13,572 nucleotides of DNA from Abditibacteriaceae bacterium (GTDB taxonomy: Bacteria > Armatimonadota > Abditibacteriia > Abditibacteriales > Abditibacteriaceae), in NCBI GenBank assembly GCA_031372065.1, contig JANMKN010000150.1:1-13572 (forward strand), written 5' to 3'. This document shows, piece after piece, positions 8,409-13,572 of this stretch; the stretch's first letter is position 1, and every line of letters starts with the position of its first letter. A program made the translations under genes and the position numbers. Under the pieces are notes generated by a model. It searched no databases, was not told where the DNA came from, and saw nothing but the letters and a program-made list of their open reading frames with translations.

Positions 8409-10727
8409 ATGACTCCCGACGAGGAATTTTTAGAAGAACTGCGCGCGGCTTTTCAAATCGAAGCGAGCGAACATTTGCAGTCATTGGCTTCCGGCCTGCT
8501 CGAAGTCGAAAAAGCGCCTGCCTCGGCGCCCGCCTCACTCATCGAAACCATTTGCCGCGATGCTCACAGTCTCAAAGGCGCCGCCCGTTCGGTAGACGCG
8601 AGCGCGATTGAACGCATTTGTCAGGTTTTAGAAGATGTGTTTTCGGGGTGGAAATATGGCGAACTTTTGCCCGCTGCCTATCAATTCGATGCGCTTTATG
8701 CGGCGCTTGATTCCATGGGCGATTTGCTGAAAAAACCGTTGGACAAAACGGAAAACGCCCCGATTGCGGATGTCGTTAGGCGCGTGCAAGCCCTGAAAAC
8801 CACGCCGCCCTCAAATTTTTCGCCCGAAATCGAAACTCTGCCCGCTGAAAAAGAAATCGCCGCCGATAAATCTGAACCGGAACTCATTGCGCCAACGCCG
8901 GAAAAAAGCGCGCTTGATGAAACGGTTCGCATTTCGACGCGAAAATTGGACAGTTTGCTTTTGCAGGCTGAAGAAATGTTGATGCTAAAACTCACCGCCA
9001 ACGAGCGCGCCGTCGCGCTGCGCGGCGTGGAAAGTTTGCTGGAACCGTGGGAAAAAGAATGGCGCAAACTCTCGCCGTCCTTGCGCCAAGCGCGGCGCAG
9101 TTTTGAAAGCAACCATGAAAACAGTGAAACGCAGCAAGTTCAAGCACCAATCGGGAAATTATTGGAATTTCTCGATTGGAATCACGCTTACATCAAAACC
9201 TTGGAAAGCCAGTTAGCCGCTTTATCGAAAGCGTCCGAACAAGACAGCCGCATTGCCAATAGTTTGGTGAATAACCTTTTAGAAGACACCAAAAAATTGC
9301 TCATGCTGCCGTTTTCAACGCTGTTCAAAGCGTTTCCCAAATTGGTGCGCGATTTAGCACACGATCAGCAAAAAGATGTAACATTAGTGCTTCACGGCAG
9401 CGAAATCGAAATTGACAAGCGCATTTTGGAAAGCATGAAAGACCCGCTTATCCATTTGCTCCGCAATTGTATAGATCATGGCATCGAAACGCCGTCAAAA
9501 CGCCGCGAAGCGGGCAAAAAAGCGCAAGCGACACTAACGATTGCCGTCACGCGGTTAGGCGGCAGTGAAGTGCAAATTAGGGTGTCCGATGATGGCGCGG
9601 GCCTTGATGCAGCCAAGATTAACGACGCCGCCTTGAAAAAAGGCATCGCCAGCGCCTCGGAACTGGAAAAAATGGATGAAACGCAGCTTTTATCGCTGAT
9701 TTTTCAGTCGGGATTTTCCACCAGCGCGATTATCACCAAAATTTCCGGGCGCGGTCTTGGCATGGCGATTGTGCGCGAAAAAGTGGAAAAACTCGGCGGG
9801 CGCTTGAGTTTAGACAGCAAGCCGGGCAAAGGCACTGAATTTCGCCTTATTTTGCCGCTGACTTTAGCGGCTTTCAAAGGCATTTTAGTGCGCGTTGCCG
9901 GACAAATTTTTGTTATTCCCACCGCTGATGTCGGGCGCGTGGTGCGCATTCGTCCCTTTGAAATTCAAACCGTGGAAAACCGCGAAACGATCACCTTAAA
10001 TCGCGCCTCGACGGGGCAGGATGTCGTTTCGCTGGTGCATCTGGCCGACACGTTGGAATTGCGCCGCTCTGTTGCCTCGCAATTCGCCGCGCCAGCCGAA
10101 GGTTTTCTCGAAGTCATTGTTTTGGGTGCCCGCGAACAACGTATTGCGTTTATCGTGGACGAAATTTTGAACGAGCAGGAAGTGTTAGTAAAAACCTTGG
10201 GCGAGCCGTTAGTGCGCGTGCGCAACATCGCCGGAGCCACCGTTTTGGGTTCGGGCCAAGCGGTGCCAATTTTGAACGCTGCGGACTTGCTCAAATCAGC
10301 GCAGCGTGTTGGGGCAATGACGGCGAATTCTGGCGGACAAACTGCAACAGCAGAAACGCCAGCCAGCAAAGCCGTGTTGGTTGTGGAAGATTCAATTACA
10401 GCGCGGATGTTATTAAAAAACATTTTGGAATCGTCGGGTTATCGCGTCACGACAGCCGTGGACGGCGTGGATGCGCTAACTAATTTGAAAACCGGCGAGT
10501 TCGATGCGGTTGTTTCGGATGTAGATATGCCGCGCATGAATGGCTTTGAATTAACAGCCGGAATTCGTCAAGAAAAAAAATGGGCGGGGCTGCCTGTTGT
10601 CTTAGTGACTGCCCGCGAATCGCGCGAAGATCGCGAACGCGGCGTAGATGTAGGAGCCAATGCCTACCTTGTGAAAAGCAATTTCGATCAAAGCAATCTG
10701 CTCAGTGTTTTGCAGAGGCTTATTTAA
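8409..10727 (+). CDS. cheA: Hybrid chemotaxis histidine kinase CheA with C-terminal receiver domain (WspE-like)
   Basis: Hpt AHSLKGAA; HATPase boxes HLLRNCIDHG, DDGAG, IFQSGFST and GRGLGM; a CheW-like domain; and a C-terminal REC with VVEDS, SDVDMP and YLVK. Confidence 0.96.
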   Translation: MTPDEEFLEELRAAFQIEASEHLQSLASGLLEVEKAPASAPASLIETICRDAHSLKGAARSVDASAIERICQVLEDVFSGWKYGELLPAAYQFDALYAALDSMGDLLKKPLDKTENAPIADVVRRVQALKTTPPSNFSPEIETLPAEKEIAADKSEPELIAPTPEKSALDETVRISTRKLDSLLLQAEEMLMLKLTANERAVALRGVESLLEPWEKEWRKLSPSLRQARRSFESNHENSETQQVQAPIGKLLEFLDWNHAYIKTLESQLAALSKASEQDSRIANSLVNNLLEDTKKLLMLPFSTLFKAFPKLVRDLAHDQQKDVTLVLHGSEIEIDKRILESMKDPLIHLLRNCIDHGIETPSKRREAGKKAQATLTIAVTRLGGSEVQIRVSDDGAGLDAAKINDAALKKGIASASELEKMDETQLLSLIFQSGFSTSAIITKISGRGLGMAIVREKVEKLGGRLSLDSKPGKGTEFRLILPLTLAAFKGILVRVAGQIFVIPTADVGRVVRIRPFEIQTVENRETITLNRASTGQDVVSLVHLADTLELRRSVASQFAAPAEGFLEVIVLGAREQRIAFIVDEILNEQEVLVKTLGEPLVRVRNIAGATVLGSGQAVPILNAADLLKSAQRVGAMTANSGGQTATAETPASKAVLVVEDSITARMLLKNILESSGYRVTTAVDGVDALTNLKTGEFDAVVSDVDMPRMNGFELTAGIRQEKKWAGLPVVLVTARESREDRERGVDVGANAYLVKSNFDQSNLLSVLQRLI

Positions 10728-10748
10728 GCAGTTTTAAGAAGCGATTTC

Positions 10749-11780
10749 ATGATCAATGTTCTGATTGTTGACGATTCTCCCGTGGCGCAAAAGCTGCTGG
10801 CGCGAATTTTAAGTTCCGATCCGGCGCTGTCCATCATGGGTATAGTCAGCAGTGGCGAAGAAGCTTTACAATTTTTAGGGCGGCAGAAACCGGATGTGAT
10901 TACCATGGATATTCACATGGCGAATCTGGACGGCTATGAAACCACGCGCCGCATCATGGAAGCCGAGCCGCTGCCGATTGTCATTGTAAGTGTGAACGTT
11001 GTTCCACGCGAGATGAATCAGGTTTTTCTCGCTTTGGAGGCTGGGGCTGTAGCCGCTGTAGAAAAACCTCCGGGGCCGGGCCATCCCGACCACGAGGCGC
11101 TCGCGAAAAAGTTGGTGCAAACGGTCAAAGCGATGGCCGAAGTCAAAGTCATCCGCCGCTGGCCGCGCGCACGGGCGGGTAGTGAAACTTCGCTCCCGCT
11201 CTGCCGGGTCAGCAAAATCGAAGTCGTCGCTATCGGAATTTCCACAGGTGGCCCACCAGTGCTGGAAACCATTTTGTCGCGCCTACCAGCGGATTTTGCG
11301 GCGCCGATTTTAATTGTGCAGCATATTGCGGCAGGGTTTTTACCGGGTTTGGTGGATTGGCTCACGCAAACCTCCAACTTTCCCGTCAAAATTGCGGCCC
11401 ACAACGAGCCGCTGCTTCCCGGTCAGGCTTATTTGGCGCCCGATGGTTTTCATATGGGTGTTGCCAAAAACCGTATTTTGCTGCGCGATGCGCCTGTGGA
11501 AAACAATCTGCGCCCAGCGGCTTCGTTTCTTTTTCGTTCGGTGGCTGAAGTTTTTGGGGCTAACGCGGCGGGCGTTCTGCTGACCGGCATGGGACGCGAC
11601 GGCGCCGCCGAATTAAAAGTGCTGCGCGATAAAGGCGCCATAACTTTCGCGCAAGATCAGGAAAGCTCTGTCGTGCATGGAATGCCGGGCGAAGCCATCA
11701 AATTGGGCGCCGCGTGCCACATTATGCCGCCCGAACGCATTGCAACGATGTTGATTAGCCTCGTGAACCGTAAATCCTGA
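10749..11780 (+). CDS. cheB: Chemotaxis response regulator protein-glutamate methylesterase CheB
   Basis: REC domain (IVDDS, MDIHM, VEKP) plus a methylesterase domain with intact catalytic motifs GISTGG, VQHI and LTGMGRDG. Confidence 0.96.
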   Translation: MINVLIVDDSPVAQKLLARILSSDPALSIMGIVSSGEEALQFLGRQKPDVITMDIHMANLDGYETTRRIMEAEPLPIVIVSVNVVPREMNQVFLALEAGAVAAVEKPPGPGHPDHEALAKKLVQTVKAMAEVKVIRRWPRARAGSETSLPLCRVSKIEVVAIGISTGGPPVLETILSRLPADFAAPILIVQHIAAGFLPGLVDWLTQTSNFPVKIAAHNEPLLPGQAYLAPDGFHMGVAKNRILLRDAPVENNLRPAASFLFRSVAEVFGANAAGVLLTGMGRDGAAELKVLRDKGAITFAQDQESSVVHGMPGEAIKLGAACHIMPPERIATMLISLVNRKS

Positions 11781-11806
11781 AATAATGGATAAATGAGGGG
11801 AATGAT

Positions 11807-13243
11807 ATGCGGGAAAATGGTGCCGACGTGCGGGAAATCTCTGTTCAAGCCGACGTTTTGATTGTCGAAGACAGCCCCACGCAAGCGCTACGCTTACGTC
11901 ACACCTTGCGTCGCCATGATTATCAAGCAGTGGTAGCGCAAGATGGCGCGCAGGCCTTGCAAATGTTGCAAGCGGGCCAAGTAAAATTGGTCATCAGCGA
12001 TGTGGAAATGCCGGTCATGGACGGCTACGAACTTTGCCGCCGCATCAAAGCCGACGCCGCGCTTCGCGATATTCCTGTCATGCTGCTGACCTCGCTTTCG
12101 GCGCCCAGAGATATTATCAACGGGCTGGAATGTGGCGCCGACCATTTCATGGTCAAGCCGTATGACGAAGCATGGCTTATCGCACGCATTGGTTTTATGT
12201 TGAACGGGCAAAACGTTACAGCGGAGCCGAAGGGCATTGAGGTTTTTTTCGGTGGGCAAGCGCATCATCTGCAAAATATTCCCAGCGTGCAAACCACTGT
12301 CGGTTTGCTGCTCGGCACCTATGAAACGACGCTGCAAAAAAATGCCGAATTAAATCAGGCGAAGACGGCTTTGGAAGAACAAGCGCGCGCTTTGGCGCAG
12401 TCCAATGCCGAGTTGGAGCAAATTAGCCGCGAATTGCGCGTCCAAAATCAGCATATGCAAGCCGATTTGAATTTGGCGCGCGAAATTCAATCGTCGTTTT
12501 TGCCGCGCCAATATCCCAGTTTTCCTCATCATACTTTGCCTTCGGAAAGCGCGTTGCGTTTTTGTCATCGCTGGATTCCCACGACCACGCTGGGCGGCGA
12601 TTTTTTCGATGTTTTAGCTTTGTCGGAAACCCAAGCGGGCGTTTTTATATGCGATGTGATGGGACATGGCGTGCGCTCGGCTTTGGTGACGGCCATGATG
12701 CGCGCTTTGGTTGGCGAACGAACCGCGATTGCCTTGCAACCCGCCGCGTTCATGGCGGAATTAAATCGTCATCTCGTTGGCATTTTGCAGCAAACCAGCA
12801 ACACAATTTTTGCCTCCGCTTTTTATATGGTCGCCGACATTGAAACGGGCCAATTGACTTATGCCAATGCTGGGCATCCGGCGCCCCTTTGGGCGCGCCG
12901 CCAAGCGAATATTGTGGAGCCATTGCCACGCGTTGTCGAATCGTGCGGCCCGGTTTTGGGTGTGTTTGAGGATGCCGAATATGAAGCGCTGAGTTGCAAA
13001 ATAGATGTGGATGACTTCATTGTTCTTTTTACCGATGGCCTTTACGAAGTGGAAGACGCCAAGCAATCCGGCGACGAGTGGGGCGAAGAACGTTTACTAA
13101 ACGCCATTCGACAACGCTTAAAACTGCCACCCGCCGCGCTTTTTGATGATTTGATGGCCGAAATTCAAACCTTCTCCGGCACCAGTGAATTTGAAGACGA
13201 TGTGTGTTTAGTCGGTATGGAAGTGGCCTATTTGGGCGCCTGA
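11807..13243 (+). CDS. Response regulator with REC, coiled-coil linker and PP2C/SpoIIE (RsbU-like) serine phosphatase domain
   Basis: REC (IVEDS, SDVEMP, MVKP), a coiled coil ending DLNLAREIQ..FLP, and PP2C motifs GGDFFD, CDVMGHG, ANAGHP, FTDGLYE and EDDVC. Confidence 0.93.
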   Translation: MRENGADVREISVQADVLIVEDSPTQALRLRHTLRRHDYQAVVAQDGAQALQMLQAGQVKLVISDVEMPVMDGYELCRRIKADAALRDIPVMLLTSLSAPRDIINGLECGADHFMVKPYDEAWLIARIGFMLNGQNVTAEPKGIEVFFGGQAHHLQNIPSVQTTVGLLLGTYETTLQKNAELNQAKTALEEQARALAQSNAELEQISRELRVQNQHMQADLNLAREIQSSFLPRQYPSFPHHTLPSESALRFCHRWIPTTTLGGDFFDVLALSETQAGVFICDVMGHGVRSALVTAMMRALVGERTAIALQPAAFMAELNRHLVGILQQTSNTIFASAFYMVADIETGQLTYANAGHPAPLWARRQANIVEPLPRVVESCGPVLGVFEDAEYEALSCKIDVDDFIVLFTDGLYEVEDAKQSGDEWGEERLLNAIRQRLKLPPAALFDDLMAEIQTFSGTSEFEDDVCLVGMEVAYLGA

Positions 13244-13261
13244 TTATCATGACTTAGGTTA

Positions 13262-13300
13262 TCTGCGGCAAAGTGGCAGATGTGTCACGCAAAGCGCAGA
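13262..13300 (+). other. Stem - internal loop - stem RNA element resembling part of a c-di-GMP-I aptamer
   Basis: tctgcg-GCAAA-gtggca-gatg-tgtcac-GCAAAG-cgcaga forms two 6-bp stems around a GCAAA/GCAAAG internal loop. Confidence 0.3.
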
Positions 13301-13337
13301 AAACGTGGGAAAACGTCAGAAAGTATCAATCGCGGCG

Positions 13338-13572
13338 TTTTTTTTGGCTCCCCGAAAACGAGTTCAGGACAGGAAATGTCTTTTCGGGGCAGGAAAAAAG
13401 TCATTGGGCGCGCCAAACGCGGTTTCAGGGAGCCAAAAAAGTCATTGAGCGCGCCAAACGCATTGTCAGGGAGCCAAAAAAGTCATTGAGCGCGCCAAAC
13501 GTATTGTCAGGGAGCCGAAAAAGTCGTTTTGCGCGCCAAACGCCGGTTAAAGGGGGCCAAAAAAAAGAGTTT
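13338..13572. repeat. Tandem array C: alternating 21-bp and 20-bp subunits (41-bp higher-order unit), preceded by an inverted unit copy and running off the right edge
   Basis: Subunit A gagccaaaaaagtcattgagc occurs at 13430 and 13471, with variants at 13389, 13512 and 13554. Subunit B gcgccaaacgcattgtcagg occurs at 13451, with variants at 13410, 13492 and 13533. 13340-13359 is an 18/20 reverse complement of 13421-13440. Confidence 0.92.

Noticed and set aside
11808..11856. Short duplications (tgcgggaaa twice, 21 bp apart; gccgacgt twice) at the phosphatase gene start
   Set aside because: Two short copies within a variable N-terminal extension are not enough to call a fourth array.
208..13250. 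Numerous antisense and alternate-frame ORFs in the track overlapping the main genes
   Set aside because: They are shadow ORFs of well-supported CDSs and have no recognisable motifs or initiation signals.
13280..13489. 69-aa basic ORF across the start of array C
   Set aside because: No RBS, and the 41-bp unit changes frame, so the repeat is not preserved at the protein level.

Overview
Bacterial genomic window with ten well-supported CDSs. The left part holds an overlapping pair (a TolB/oligogalacturonate-lyase-like beta-propeller and a large lipoprotein, both possibly carbohydrate-active), a convergent DUF3187-like outer-membrane protein, a small membrane protein and a SnoaL/NTF2-like protein. 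The right half is a five-gene chemosensory operon of the Wsp-like, alternative-cellular-function type: cheW, MCP, hybrid cheA-REC, cheB and an output protein. It has no cheR in the cluster, and its output is a REC-linker-PP2C/SpoIIE phosphatase rather than a diguanylate cyclase. The least explained signal is non-genic. Three degenerate tandem arrays with a 20-21 bp period (1-157, 4651-4933, ~13338-13572) sit in intergenic spaces. At least two share a GAGYAGAA-nn-CG core, and the third is preceded by an inverted copy of its own unit. A candidate structured minus-strand RNA with a sigma70-like promoter lies between the convergent genes (~3418-3595), and a c-di-GMP-I-like partial RNA motif follows the chemosensory operon. 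Family assignments come from motif recognition by eye; no searches or folding programs were run.
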